Assembly: GCA_951813535.1 (NCBI GenBank)
Contig: OX638345.1
Coordinates: 11,029 to 75,028, forward strand
Direction: 5' to 3'
Length of the DNA: 64,000 nucleotides
Source: an uncultured Dehalococcoidia bacterium
Lineage (GTDB): Bacteria; Chloroflexota; Dehalococcoidia; Lucifugimonadales; UBA3495
Shown: positions 9,861-20,104 of the stretch, one piece after another
Position numbering within the stretch: the stretch's first letter is position 1
Layout: each line of letters opens with the position of its first letter
Notes under the pieces: generated by a model
Databases searched by the model: none
What the model was told of the DNA's origin: nothing
The model's input: the letters and a program-made list of their open reading frames with translations, nothing else
Program-made: the position numbers and the translations under genes

Positions 9861-10341
9861 CGACATCAGCGGGGGCATAGTCTCCGCCGTGTTTCTGCCC
9901 GTCATCAGGACCACGTCAGCCCCCGCGATGTCTTCCAGCGGGAACGACAGCCCCCGGTCTATCCTCAGCGCCCCGATGCTCGCCGCGGCCGCCGGGGACA
10001 TGCAGCAGCGGCCGTTGCAGTCGATTTTGGATGTTTGCAGCGCCACCAGGTCCAACGCTCCGTCCCGGCGCACCGGCGTCAGCGCCAGTCAGGCATCCGG
10101 GGCCAGTCAGGCATCCGGGGCCAGTGGAGCGGTGAGGCGCTCGGAATGTGACAACGTGGCGGCGGCGGTCCACCCCCTGATGCACAGCGCGCCCTTGTTG
10201 ACCGGGAAAGCCGCGTCGCCGGCGATGGTAATCTCGACGCCGGCAGGGGGAAATCCGCATGCCGCACTGAAACGCGCAGTACGGGCAATGGGTCGCCATG
10301 ACGCCTGTTGGTGGTGTCCTTTCGGCAGTGGTCTGCTGCAT
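9861..10341 (-). pseudogene. Assimilatory nitrate reductase catalytic subunit (NasC/NarB-like molybdopterin enzyme), broken 5' remnant
   Basis: Three frames carry THCPYCAFQCGM, FPVNKGALCIRGWTAAATLSHSERLTAPL and IDCNGRCCMSPAAAA...DRGLSFPLEDIAGADVVL...AETMPPLM; frameshifts, an internal deletion and a stop. Confidence 0.85.
10084..10125. repeat. 18-bp tandem repeat GCCAGTCAGGCATCCGGG x2.3
   Basis: Copies at 10084-10101 and 10102-10119, partial at 10120-10125; disrupts the nitrate reductase remnant. Confidence 0.9.
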
Positions 10342-10613
10342 CGTCTGATCCGCGCCGCCAGACTGGAAAGCACGGTTCAGGAAAGGCAGCGTGTTTTGCG
10401 CGTCCGTTGCGAGAGGGTTGCAACCCGGTTGCAAATTTGTGAATTGGTGACAACAGCGCGGTTAATGCCGTGCAACCGCCGCCTGATTGCCTCGACCTGG
10501 ACGGCAAACCCTCGATCAGCAGCGAACCATTGCCAGACCATGGGCGGTCTCGAACGGCCAAGATCATCACGTATCAGGATAATAAAGCATTATGATAATT
10601 AGTATACGCCATA

Positions 10614-10642
10614 TTGACATTGCAAGTTACGTCCGATAGACT
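10614..10642 (+). promoter_or_regulatory. Sigma70-type promoter of the ABC operon
   Basis: TTGACA-N17-TAGACT. Confidence 0.7.
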
Positions 10643-10714
10643 GCATCGGCGTTGATATTCCAGAATTTCCAGACCCAGAAACAGCGAAATCCCCCACATT
10701 CCAGCCTTAAATTG

Positions 10715-10740
10715 GCGGGCTCTTGGAGCCCGTTTCTTTC
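10715..10740 (+). terminator. Terminator-like hairpin in the 5' leader (possible attenuator)
   Basis: GCGGGCTC-TTG-GAGCCCGT followed by TTCTTTC, between the promoter and the first SBP start. Confidence 0.4.
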
Positions 10741-10784
10741 GGTTACATCGCAACTGCAAGCACCGCCAGGAGGTCGTTTTTTTT

Positions 10785-12632
10785 ATGAGTTGGCCGCGAA
10801 TCACCCGCAAAAGCTTATTTGCCCTTTTGATTGGAGGGTTGGTCCTGACCCCCATCGTCGCGTGCGGAAGCGCCGGAGAAACGGAAACTCCGGTCGCCCA
10901 ACCCACGGCAGCCGCGCAACAGCCGGCGCCCCAGCAGCCCGCCTCCGGCAGCCAGCAATCAGCCGCCCCGGCGGCGCCGACGCAGGCTGCTCCCGCCCAG
11001 GGTCAGGTCGCACCCACCGCCGTGCCGCAGGCATCCGGTTCGGGTGACTCCATGATGATGGCGGAGCCCAAGGGAATCCTCAGCACCGGCTTGAAGGAAA
11101 TGGGTCCCTTCTTCCTGCACCCCAGCAACCTGGGCAACCCGCAGATCTTCGTCCACGGCACCGCGCCCATCGGCGAAGGGCTGCTGCAGGAGGACGTGAA
11201 CCGCGAAGTGCTGGGCCTGCTGGCCGAATCCTGGGAGATCTCCGACGACTTCCTCGTCTGGACCTTCCATCTGAACAAGGGCGTGCAGTTCCACAAGGGC
11301 TACGGCGAGATGACAGCGGAAGACGTCGTCTGGTCGATGCAGCAGTGGGGCCTGAGCAAGCACCCCCGTGCCGGCCAGCTGGAGACGTTCTGGGCGGACC
11401 GGGACGGCTCGATGATCATCGATAGCCACACCCTGCAGGTCCACACCGGCCAACCGTTGGTCCACGTGATCGCCCAGCGATGGCACATGACCCCCGGCGG
11501 CGCATCCACCTTCATCGCCAGCAAGAAGCAGACCGAAGAGTTGGGCGTGGAAGAGGCCAGCGCGCAGATGGCCGCCACCGGCCCCTGGGAAATCTCGGAC
11601 CACCGCACCGGCGAGTTCTGGAAGATGAAGGCGGTACGCGATCACTGGCGGCACACCCCCGCCTTCGATGAGTTTGTCATGTGGGAGATCCCTGAAGAGT
11701 CCTCCCGCGTCGCCGGATTCAAGACCGGCGCCCTGGATACCTTCCTCATGGGATACGACTCCATCCCCAGCGTGCTGGACGTGGAAGGCGCCGAACTGAT
11801 GAAGGTGCCCAACGCCATCGTTCAAAGCCTCCGCATTTACGGTAACTGGTACCCCGTTGAGGGCATCGAAACCCGGCCCGGCTACGACCCTGAAAACCCC
11901 TGGGTATCTCCTACCGACGATATAACGTCGCCGGAGTGGGACCGGGCCCGCAAGGTCCGCCTGGCTCTGATGACCGCAATTGACCGCCAGGCCCTGGTTG
12001 ACGAAATCCTGTCCGGCAACGGCAGCACCGCCACGCCCATCCACTCGTACAGCGGCTTCGAGCACTACCTGGACGGCCGGGACTGGGAGTACAACCCAGA
12101 ACGCGCCATACAGTTGCTGGAAGAGGCCGGATACCCGGATGGGTTCAGCATCACCTTGACGCCGGCCCTGCGCGGCGCTCCCCAGGAAGTGGAAAGCTGC
12201 GAAGCCATCTCGCAGATGTGGAATGACATCGGCCTGGACGTGGACTTCCAGCGCATTCCCTACGGCACCCTGCGCCCCTCGCTGGTGGGGCGGACCTACC
12301 AGGGCGCGACCTGCCACGCCGGTGGCCCCCTGCCCACGCCAGCAAGCGGCTTCGGCAGCTACTTGACCGAAAACCCCTTCAACCGCGGCCTGGAGCACCA
12401 GTGGTCTGATGACATGATGCGCCGCGCCATGGGTGAAGTGGATCCCGACGCGCGCGAACTGATGGAGCGTGAACTCGGGCAGTTCCTGTTCGACCACGCC
12501 CTCACCGACCTGACGTACTACAACATCGACGCCATCTGGCCGGTGGGACCACGCATCCAGCAGTGGGGTGAGTATGTCCGGCGCAGCGACGTCCGGCAGA
12601 TCAACGGCTACGAGTACATCAAGCACCGTTAG
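10785..12632 (+). CDS. ABC transporter substrate-binding lipoprotein, family 5 (DppA/OppA-like), copy 1
   Basis: Lipobox IVAC, A/P/Q-rich linker, GLLAESWEISDD...WTFHLNKGVQFHKGYGEMTAEDV, AGYPDGF. Confidence 0.93.
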   Translation: MSWPRITRKSLFALLIGGLVLTPIVACGSAGETETPVAQPTAAAQQPAPQQPASGSQQSAAPAAPTQAAPAQGQVAPTAVPQASGSGDSMMMAEPKGILSTGLKEMGPFFLHPSNLGNPQIFVHGTAPIGEGLLQEDVNREVLGLLAESWEISDDFLVWTFHLNKGVQFHKGYGEMTAEDVVWSMQQWGLSKHPRAGQLETFWADRDGSMIIDSHTLQVHTGQPLVHVIAQRWHMTPGGASTFIASKKQTEELGVEEASAQMAATGPWEISDHRTGEFWKMKAVRDHWRHTPAFDEFVMWEIPEESSRVAGFKTGALDTFLMGYDSIPSVLDVEGAELMKVPNAIVQSLRIYGNWYPVEGIETRPGYDPENPWVSPTDDITSPEWDRARKVRLALMTAIDRQALVDEILSGNGSTATPIHSYSGFEHYLDGRDWEYNPERAIQLLEEAGYPDGFSITLTPALRGAPQEVESCEAISQMWNDIGLDVDFQRIPYGTLRPSLVGRTYQGATCHAGGPLPTPASGFGSYLTENPFNRGLEHQWSDDMMRRAMGEVDPDARELMERELGQFLFDHALTDLTYYNIDAIWPVGPRIQQWGEYVRRSDVRQINGYEYIKHR

Positions 12633-12680
12633 TAAACCAACCCAAAAATCGACACCCGATTACACGACGTTGAGGTAAAT

Positions 12681-14564
12681 ATGCTGCGATTTCCAGGAAA
12701 GTCCCTGACCGCCGTCGCTGGTCTCTGCGCGTTGTCGCTGATGCTGGCCCTGGTGGCTGCCTGCGGCGGAGCGGCGGAGACCCCCGCTCCGGCCACTGGC
12801 CAGACCTCCGCCGGCCAGAGTGCGGCCCCGGCCGCACCGGCGGCTACAGAAGCGCCGGCGGCCGAATCCCGATCATCCGCCCCGGCAGCCACCGAGGTAC
12901 CGGTTGCGGGCGCCGTCACCGCGCCCACGTCCACGCCCGAAACCGCTGAGGTGATGGTTGACGATACACCCGTGGGCACGTTGACAGTCGGTCAGAAAGA
13001 ACTCGGCCCCTTCATGGGCCATCCCGCCCTGACTGGAAACCCCCAGATTTTCGTCCTGCAGACCGCCCCCATCGGTGAGTCGCTCCTGACCGTGTCCAGC
13101 GAGCTCAAACCGGTCGGGATGCTGGCCAGGGAATGGTCGGTGTCTGAAGACGGGTCAACCTGGACCTTCAATCTCAATGAGGGCGTCCAGTTCCACAAGG
13201 GCTACGGCGAGATGACCGCCGAGGACGTCATTTGGGGCATGAGGCAATTCGGAGCCGAGGGGTCGAAACACCCCCGGGCGTCCAACATGCGCGGAATCTG
13301 GGAGAACCCGGAGGGGCACGCCATCGCCGTCGATGACTACACCGTCGAGGTCAATACTGGCGCGCCATGGTCTGAGGTACCGGTCAACGAAATCCTGACC
13401 AGCGCCGGCGGCGGCGGAACCTGGATCGTCAGCAAGAAACAAACCGAAGAACTGGGCGTGGAAGAAGCCAACGACCAGATCGCCGGCACCGGCCCCTGGG
13501 ACCTGGCGGAATACCGCACCGGTGAGTTCTGGCGCATGGAAGCCGTAACCGACCACTGGCGGAAGACCCCTCACTTCGCAGAGTTGATCTTCCAGGAAAT
13601 TCCCGAGGAATCATCCCGCGTGGCCGGTTTCAAGACCGGAAACCTCGATACCACCCTTCTGGCCTTCGACTCCCTGTCCGAGGTTGAGACGGTCGACGGC
13701 GCTGAGATCATGCGCGTCCCCGGCGGCGGCGAAGCGGCCCTCACCTTCTACGGCCAGTACTACGTGGGCATTGGCACCGAGGACCAGCAGCCCGGCTACG
13801 ATCCGGACCTGCCGTGGGTGTCCGCCGACCCTGACATAAATTCCGAAGCGTGGAAGGACGCGGCCAAGGTTCGCACCGCGCTGTCCATCGCCATCGACCG
13901 GCAGGGTATCGTTGATACGCTGCTGCACGGGTACGGATCTCCCGCCGTCCTCTGGGACTTTGGCCAATACGAAGAAAGCTGGCTGCCGCCGGAACTTCGC
14001 TGGGAGTACAACCCGGAACGCGCCAAGCAGCTTATCGCAGAGGCCGGTTACCCCGACGGGTTCAGCATCACGCTCACGCCGTCGCTGCGGGGCGCGCCGG
14101 TGGAAGTGGAAGCCTGCGAAGCCATCGCGAGCATGTGGGGCGACATTGGCGTGGACGTCAAGTTCCAGAGCCTGCCCTACCTCACGCTGCGGCCCAGCCT
14201 GATTGCCCGCAACTACCAGGGTTCCACCTGTCACGCCGGAGGCATCCGCCTGGAGCCGGGCCAGGGCTTCTCGGGCATGCTGTCCCAGTTGCACCACCAG
14301 GCCGTCTGGAACCGCGGCGTCGAGCATCCTTGGATGGACGAGAAAGTTTCGGAGCACATGGCCGAGATCGACTCGGTCAAGCGCCGCGAACTGGCCATTG
14401 AGATCGCCACCTTCATGTTTGACAATGCCCTCACCGGCGTCGGGCTGTACAACTTTGACAGCCTGTGGCCCGTCGGTCCCAACATCCAGCCCTGGATCGA
14501 GGGCGTGCGCTACCGTGACCTGCGCAACATCAACGGTTACGAATACATCCAGCCCCGCGGCTAA
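12681..14564 (+). CDS. ABC transporter substrate-binding lipoprotein, family 5, copy 2
   Basis: Lipobox VAAC; same family-5 core motifs as copy 1. Confidence 0.93.
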   Translation: MLRFPGKSLTAVAGLCALSLMLALVAACGGAAETPAPATGQTSAGQSAAPAAPAATEAPAAESRSSAPAATEVPVAGAVTAPTSTPETAEVMVDDTPVGTLTVGQKELGPFMGHPALTGNPQIFVLQTAPIGESLLTVSSELKPVGMLAREWSVSEDGSTWTFNLNEGVQFHKGYGEMTAEDVIWGMRQFGAEGSKHPRASNMRGIWENPEGHAIAVDDYTVEVNTGAPWSEVPVNEILTSAGGGGTWIVSKKQTEELGVEEANDQIAGTGPWDLAEYRTGEFWRMEAVTDHWRKTPHFAELIFQEIPEESSRVAGFKTGNLDTTLLAFDSLSEVETVDGAEIMRVPGGGEAALTFYGQYYVGIGTEDQQPGYDPDLPWVSADPDINSEAWKDAAKVRTALSIAIDRQGIVDTLLHGYGSPAVLWDFGQYEESWLPPELRWEYNPERAKQLIAEAGYPDGFSITLTPSLRGAPVEVEACEAIASMWGDIGVDVKFQSLPYLTLRPSLIARNYQGSTCHAGGIRLEPGQGFSGMLSQLHHQAVWNRGVEHPWMDEKVSEHMAEIDSVKRRELAIEIATFMFDNALTGVGLYNFDSLWPVGPNIQPWIEGVRYRDLRNINGYEYIQPRG

Positions 14565-14587
14565 CCCGTACACCACCTGAGGTTTCT

Positions 14588-16483
14588 ATGCTGAGTCTTT
14601 CCGGCAGGGTCGCCACCTTCGCGTTCGCCATGACGGCGTTGTCACTCCTTTTGGTTCTGGCTGCCGCCTGCGGTGGCGCTGCGACCGAGGAAGGCTCAGC
14701 GGCCCAACCGGCCGCGTCAAATCAGCAGGCGGCGCAACCGACTGCAGCCCAACCGGCCGCCTCGGGGCAGCAGGCAGCGGAACCTACCGCAGCCCAGCCT
14801 GCTCCACAACAGCAGGCCGCCACGCCCGTTCCTATCGCAACCCCAATCCCCACTCCTGAAAGTCCTGCGATGGGCTCATCGGAGCAACCGGTGGGAACTC
14901 TCAATGTCGGTCAGAAGGAACTCGGGCCCTTCATGGGCCATCCGGCCCTGACGGGTAACCCGCAGATCTTTGTCCTGCAAACCGCTCCCATCGGCGAATC
15001 GCTCCTGACCGTCAGCAGCGACCTGGTGGCCGTTCCGATGCTGGCCCATAGCTGGGAAGTGTCCGACGACGGTTCGACCTGGACTTTCCATCTGAACAAA
15101 GGCGTCCAGTTCCACAAGGGTTACGGTGAAATGACCGCCGAGGACGTGATCTGGGGCATGCGGCAATTTGGAGCCGAGGGCTCCAAACACGCTCGGGCGT
15201 CCAACATCCGCAGGGTTTGGGACAGCGAAGATGGCCACGCCATCGCCATCGACGACTACACCGTGGAAGTTGACGCCGGAACACCCTGGTCGCCGGTCGC
15301 CGTCGTGGAATTTTCCACGAGCGCGGGCGGCGCCGGCTCCTGGATCATCAGCAAAAAACAGACTGATGAACTGGGGGCGGAAGTGGCAAACAACCAGATC
15401 GCGGCCACCGGGTCCTGGGACTTGGTGGAATTCAGCACTGGATCCTTCTGGCGCATGGAAGCCGTGGAGAACCACTGGCGCAAGACCCCGCATTTTGCTG
15501 AAATGTACTTCCGGGAAATCCCCGAAGAATCTTCCCGGATCGCCGGATTCCAGACCGGAAATCTGGATACCACCGTCATCGCTTTCGACTCTCTGGATGC
15601 TCTGCTCAGCGTGGAAGGCGGAGAATTGATGCGCCTGCCCGGTGGGGGAGAATCCGCGCTCAACATCTATGGTCAATACCACGTGGGCGCCGGTACGGAA
15701 GACCAACTGCCCGGCTTCGACCCTGAATTGCCTTGGGTCTCCGCAAGCGCGGACGTTGACTCCGAAGAATGGGCCAACGCGGCCAAGGTCCGTAACGCGC
15801 TGTCCATCGCCATCGATCGGCAGGGCATCGTCGACACCTTGCTGCGGGGATATGGCAGCCCGGCGGTGATGTGGGAGTACGGTCAGTACGAAGACACCTG
15901 GTTGCCTCCGGAAATGCGCTGGGAACACAACCCCGACCGGGCCCGAGAACTGCTGGCTGAAGCCGGCTACCCGGACGGGTTCAAGATAACGCTGACGCCG
16001 TCCCTGCGCGGCGCGCCCGTTGAAGTGGAAGCTTGTGAGGCCATCGCTTCCATGTGGACCGACATCGGCGTGGACGTGAATTTCCAAAAGGTCCCCTACG
16101 GCACGCTTCGACCCACGATAGTGGGACGAACGTACCAGGGCGCCACCTGCCACGCCGCTAGTATCCGCCTGGAACCGGGGGTGGGATTCACCGACAAGGG
16201 CTCGAAACTAGTCCACCAGGCGGTCTGGTCCAGCGGTGCGGACCACCCCTGGCTTGACGAAAAGATCGCTCTGCATAAGGCTGAGATCAACGCCGAGGCG
16301 CGCCGAGCGCTGGCCATCGAGATCACCACGTTCATGTTCGAAAACGCCATCACCAACATTGGGCTGTACAACTTCGACGTGATCTGGCCCGTTGGTCCCA
16401 GGATCCAGCCCTGGTCCGAAGGCGTACGTTACCGCGACCTCCGCAACATCAACGGGTACGAATACATCCGCCCGCGGCCGTAG
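14588..16483 (+). CDS. ABC transporter substrate-binding lipoprotein, family 5, copy 3
   Basis: Lipobox AAAC; closest paralogue of copy 2 (shared QKELGPFMGHPALTGNPQIFVLQTAPIGESLLTVSS). Confidence 0.93.
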   Translation: MLSLSGRVATFAFAMTALSLLLVLAAACGGAATEEGSAAQPAASNQQAAQPTAAQPAASGQQAAEPTAAQPAPQQQAATPVPIATPIPTPESPAMGSSEQPVGTLNVGQKELGPFMGHPALTGNPQIFVLQTAPIGESLLTVSSDLVAVPMLAHSWEVSDDGSTWTFHLNKGVQFHKGYGEMTAEDVIWGMRQFGAEGSKHARASNIRRVWDSEDGHAIAIDDYTVEVDAGTPWSPVAVVEFSTSAGGAGSWIISKKQTDELGAEVANNQIAATGSWDLVEFSTGSFWRMEAVENHWRKTPHFAEMYFREIPEESSRIAGFQTGNLDTTVIAFDSLDALLSVEGGELMRLPGGGESALNIYGQYHVGAGTEDQLPGFDPELPWVSASADVDSEEWANAAKVRNALSIAIDRQGIVDTLLRGYGSPAVMWEYGQYEDTWLPPEMRWEHNPDRARELLAEAGYPDGFKITLTPSLRGAPVEVEACEAIASMWTDIGVDVNFQKVPYGTLRPTIVGRTYQGATCHAASIRLEPGVGFTDKGSKLVHQAVWSSGADHPWLDEKIALHKAEINAEARRALAIEITTFMFENAITNIGLYNFDVIWPVGPRIQPWSEGVRYRDLRNINGYEYIRPRP

Positions 16484-16524
16484 ACCTAGGCGGAACGAAA
16501 GGATTGTGGGCAGGTAACGCCAGT

Positions 16525-17079
16525 ATGGGGCCGCAGAAGCCTTGGATATCAGTCGTTGTCAGAACGCTCCTGGGGTTTCCCCTGGCCGGGGTGCTGGGAG
16601 CCCTCGGTATGGCGCTAGCGTCTGCGCTGGCGGTGTTCTTCGGGGTGGCGGCCCTGCCCAAGATCCTTACAATGCTCATGGTAGGCGCCGGCGTAGGAGC
16701 TGGAATCGGGGCGGGAATAACCCTGCTGAGGGTGGACTCCATCCCGGCCTGGCCTATTCTGCTGGGCGCGGGCCTGGCTCTGTCCGCGGTAAGCTTTGGC
16801 GGAGCCTGGGTCGGTTTCCAGATCGGCGGCTACATAACCGCCATCGAGGAAGCCAGATGCGTGGGCGTTTGCCCCTACCTGTTCAAGCCGCGAACCTATA
16901 TCGCCCTGGGAGCGGCGCTGGTGCCAAACATCATCGCGCTGCTGTTCAACATCGGCTACGAAGGCGTGTTCGGTAGATTTGCTCGAGCGCGCCATGCGCG
17001 ACCGGACGGGACGCTGGGACATTCCAACGGGACCGGCTCCGGCAATGACAGCGCTCGGGCCGCTGGCAACTCGTCGTGA
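16525..17079 (+). CDS. Hypothetical membrane protein (~5 TM) inside the ABC operon
   Basis: Gly-rich hydrophobic helices, loop motif RCVGVCPY; start uncertain (16504 or 16525). Confidence 0.65.
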   Translation: MGPQKPWISVVVRTLLGFPLAGVLGALGMALASALAVFFGVAALPKILTMLMVGAGVGAGIGAGITLLRVDSIPAWPILLGAGLALSAVSFGGAWVGFQIGGYITAIEEARCVGVCPYLFKPRTYIALGAALVPNIIALLFNIGYEGVFGRFARARHARPDGTLGHSNGTGSGNDSARAAGNSS

Positions 17080-17179
17080 TTCGACCCGATCTGCGCCCAG
17101 CGACTCTCGGCGCAAGTTCGTCAAAAACCACCGATCACCCGCAACGCTCAGGAAACAGTTTGTGAGGTAGTGAAAAATC

Positions 17180-18115
17180 ATGCAGCGATACCTGTTGCGG
17201 CGCATCCTGCTGGCTATGGTAACCCTGCTGGCGGTGTCGTTGATCATCTTCGTGATGAGCCGGGCGGCCGGCGATCCCAGGCACGTGTACCTGGACGACT
17301 ACTCCACCCAGGAAGACTGGGATCGGCTCACGGCAACTCTCGGGTTGGACAAACCGTACTATCAGCAGTACGGCATATTCCTGGGCAGCGCCCTGCGCGG
17401 TGACTTCGGCCAGTCGATCAAGGAAGGTCGGCCGTCCATGGAGGTCATCGTGGAGCGGATCCCGGCCACGTTGCAGTTGGGCCTGGCCGCCTTTGCGTTC
17501 TCGGTGATCGTCGGCGTGCCACTGGGCATCCTGTCGGCGGTGAAACGAGGGAGTTTCCTTGACATGGCCGGGAAGGTGGTCGCCCTGGTGGGACAATCTG
17601 CCCCGGTGTTCTGGTTAGGACTGATGCTGGTGTTCCTGTTTGCGGTGCGCTGGAATGATTGGTTTGGGGACAGCTTGGTGCCGCCGTACGGCCGCCAGGA
17701 GATCTCCAGCATTATCTTGCCGGCGGTTACGCTGGGCTGGTTCTACGCCGCAGCCAACCTCCGCCTGCTCCGCTCCGCCATGTTGAACGTCCTCGACTCT
17801 GAGTACGTCAAACTCGCTCGGGCCAAGGGCGTGTCCAACAACATAGTCATCTGGAAGCACTCGTTGCGCAACGCGCTCATTCCGGTGCTGACCTTCGCCG
17901 GCATCACCCTGGGGAGCCTGGTGACGGGTTCGCTGGTCGTGGAAACCGTGTTCGCGTGGCCCGGATTGGGTCAGCTTGCGATCCAGGCGCTGGCCGGCAA
18001 CGATTACCCGCTGCTCCAGGCAGTGGTCATTGTGTTCACGCTGATGTACGTGGCAGCCGCGCTGTCGGTCGACATCATGTACGCCTACATCGACCCCAGG
18101 ATTCGGTACTCCTAA
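17180..18115 (+). CDS. Peptide/nickel ABC permease (DppB/OppB-like)
   Basis: MQRYLLRRILL, LGLDKPYYQQY, EYVKLARAKG...KHSLRNAL EAA motif. Confidence 0.95.
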   Translation: MQRYLLRRILLAMVTLLAVSLIIFVMSRAAGDPRHVYLDDYSTQEDWDRLTATLGLDKPYYQQYGIFLGSALRGDFGQSIKEGRPSMEVIVERIPATLQLGLAAFAFSVIVGVPLGILSAVKRGSFLDMAGKVVALVGQSAPVFWLGLMLVFLFAVRWNDWFGDSLVPPYGRQEISSIILPAVTLGWFYAAANLRLLRSAMLNVLDSEYVKLARAKGVSNNIVIWKHSLRNALIPVLTFAGITLGSLVTGSLVVETVFAWPGLGQLAIQALAGNDYPLLQAVVIVFTLMYVAAALSVDIMYAYIDPRIRYS

Positions 18116-18146
18116 GGGCCGTTACTCCTAAGGGGAGGAGATTACC

Positions 18147-19046
18147 GTGGCAGCAGACGCAACTCTGGTCGTACAGCAACCGGCGGTGCCGGCCCGAATT
18201 GCCAGGAAACTCTGGCAATTCCGGAGATGGCCCCTGATACCCATGTTCTTCCTTGTGCTGTTCGTGTTCACCGGGATCTTCGCCCCGTTGATCGCGCCGC
18301 ACGATCCCGAGCGCGGCGGCCTCCGCGACCGCAACCTGCCCCCGGCTTGGGAAGAGGGCGGAAGCTCCGAATTCCTGCTGGGCACGGACCATCTGGGCCG
18401 CGACATGCTCAGCCGGGTCATCTTCGGCGCCCGTATTTCGCTCGCGGTGGCGGGCGTCACCCTGGGCGTTGGCATGGTCATCGGCGTGGCCAGTGGCCTG
18501 ATCGCCGGGTGGTACGGCGGCTGGCTCGATGAGTTCCTGATGCGAATCGTGGACATCAAGCTGGCGATACCAACCATATTGTTAGCCCTGGTGTTGGTAT
18601 TGGCGCTGGGGCAATCCTTCCTGATTATCGTCGCGATCCTGGCCATCGCCGTGTGGCCGCGTTTCGCCCGCAACGTGCGGGGCGAGGTACTCCAGCTGAA
18701 AACCATGGACTTCGTCGCCCTGGCCAAGGTCGCCGGAGCGTCAACGCCGCGCATCCTCTTCATCCACATCTTCCCGGGTGTCATCAACACCCTCATCGTG
18801 TTGGCTACCCTGGAAGTGGGCATCGTCATCCTGCTGGAGTCCACACTGAGCTTCCTCGGCGCCGGAGTTCCGCCGCCCACGCCGGCTTGGGGCTCCATGG
18901 TTTCCGACGGCCGCGACCGGCTGGCAGTGGCCTGGTGGATCTCCACTATGCCCGGCCTGGCCATCATGCTCGTCGTGCTGTCAATGAACCTGTTCGGCGA
19001 CTGGCTGCGCGACCGCCTGGACCCCAGGCTCCGCCAATTGAACTGA
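18147..19046 (+). CDS. Peptide/nickel ABC permease (DppC/OppC-like)
   Basis: LGTDHLGRDMLSRVIFGARISL, DFVALAKVAGAS, NLFGDWLRDRLDPR. Confidence 0.95.
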   Translation: MAADATLVVQQPAVPARIARKLWQFRRWPLIPMFFLVLFVFTGIFAPLIAPHDPERGGLRDRNLPPAWEEGGSSEFLLGTDHLGRDMLSRVIFGARISLAVAGVTLGVGMVIGVASGLIAGWYGGWLDEFLMRIVDIKLAIPTILLALVLVLALGQSFLIIVAILAIAVWPRFARNVRGEVLQLKTMDFVALAKVAGASTPRILFIHIFPGVINTLIVLATLEVGIVILLESTLSFLGAGVPPPTPAWGSMVSDGRDRLAVAWWISTMPGLAIMLVVLSMNLFGDWLRDRLDPRLRQLN

Positions 19047-19111
19047 TCATTCAACTGAACTGATCATTTTCGCCCCAATAATCATTGCCCCACCGAAAAG
19101 CAGGCTGAAGC

Positions 19112-20104
19112 ATGACTACTAGCACAACCGAAAACACAGCGCCCGTGGTGCTGGAAGTTGACGGACTGAAAACCTATTTCGAGACCCGCTGGGGAACGGT
19201 GAAGGCGGTCGACGGCGTCAGCTTTAACCTGCGACGCGGGGAGACCCTGGGCATCGTCGGCGAATCCGGTTCCGGCAAATCGGTGACCATGCTGTCGCTG
19301 ATGCGGCTCATCCCCGAGCCGCCGGGCCGCATCGTAGATGGTCAAATCCTCCTGGAAGGCCAGGACCTCGTTCAGATGAACGACAAGGAGATGAGCGAGA
19401 TCCGGGGCAGCCAGATCGCCCTGATCATCCAGGACCCCATGACCTCTCTCAACCCGGTCTTTTCTATCGGCAACCAGGTCGGCGAAGCAATCAAGATCCA
19501 CCAGGACATTCCCAAGCGCACCGTGGTGCAGCAGGTGCTGAACGTGCTTCGCAAGGTGAACATCCCCGCCGCCGAGACCCGGGTCCGGGACTACCCCCAT
19601 CAGATGAGCGGCGGCATGCGCCAGCGCGTCGTCGGCGCCATTGGCATATCCTGCGAGCCCATCGTGCTGATCGCAGACGAGCCCACGACCTCGCTGGACG
19701 TCACCATTCAGGCGCAGTACCTCAAGCTTCTGAAGGAATTGCAGGAAGCCTCCAACATCGGGCTCATCTTCATCACCCACGACTTCGGGATCGTGGCCAA
19801 GATGTGCGACCGCGTGGCCGTGATGTACGCCGGCAGGATCGTCGAGATGGGCGACGTGCGAGACATTTTCAACCACCCCTCACATCCCTATACCGAGGCT
19901 CTCCTGGCCTCGGTCCCCAAGCTGGAGGAGGACGTCGATCGCCTGTACTCCATCGAGGGACAGCCTCCGACCCTTCACGATCTGCCGACGGGCTGCCCCT
20001 TCGCCCCCCGGTGCCAGTACGTCATGGACAAATGTCTGGAAACCTATCCGCTACAATTCGACGTGACTGATAGCCACTACGCCGCCTGCTGGAGGCTCGA
20101 ATGA
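19112..20104 (+). CDS. Peptide ABC ATP-binding protein (DppD/OppD-like)
   Basis: [32 protein letters not shown]-terminal CPFAPRC. Confidence 0.95.
   Translation: MTTSTTENTAPVVLEVDGLKTYFETRWGTVKAVDGVSFNLRRGETLGIVGESGSGKSVTMLSLMRLIPEPPGRIVDGQILLEGQDLVQMNDKEMSEIRGSQIALIIQDPMTSLNPVFSIGNQVGEAIKIHQDIPKRTVVQQVLNVLRKVNIPAAETRVRDYPHQMSGGMRQRVVGAIGISCEPIVLIADEPTTSLDVTIQAQYLKLLKELQEASNIGLIFITHDFGIVAKMCDRVAVMYAGRIVEMGDVRDIFNHPSHPYTEALLASVPKLEEDVDRLYSIEGQPPTLHDLPTGCPFAPRCQYVMDKCLETYPLQFDVTDSHYAACWRLE

Noticed and set aside
19040-19070. Short duplication AACTGATCATT x2 after the second permease
   Set aside because: Most likely a local slippage duplication around the stop codon; no evidence of function
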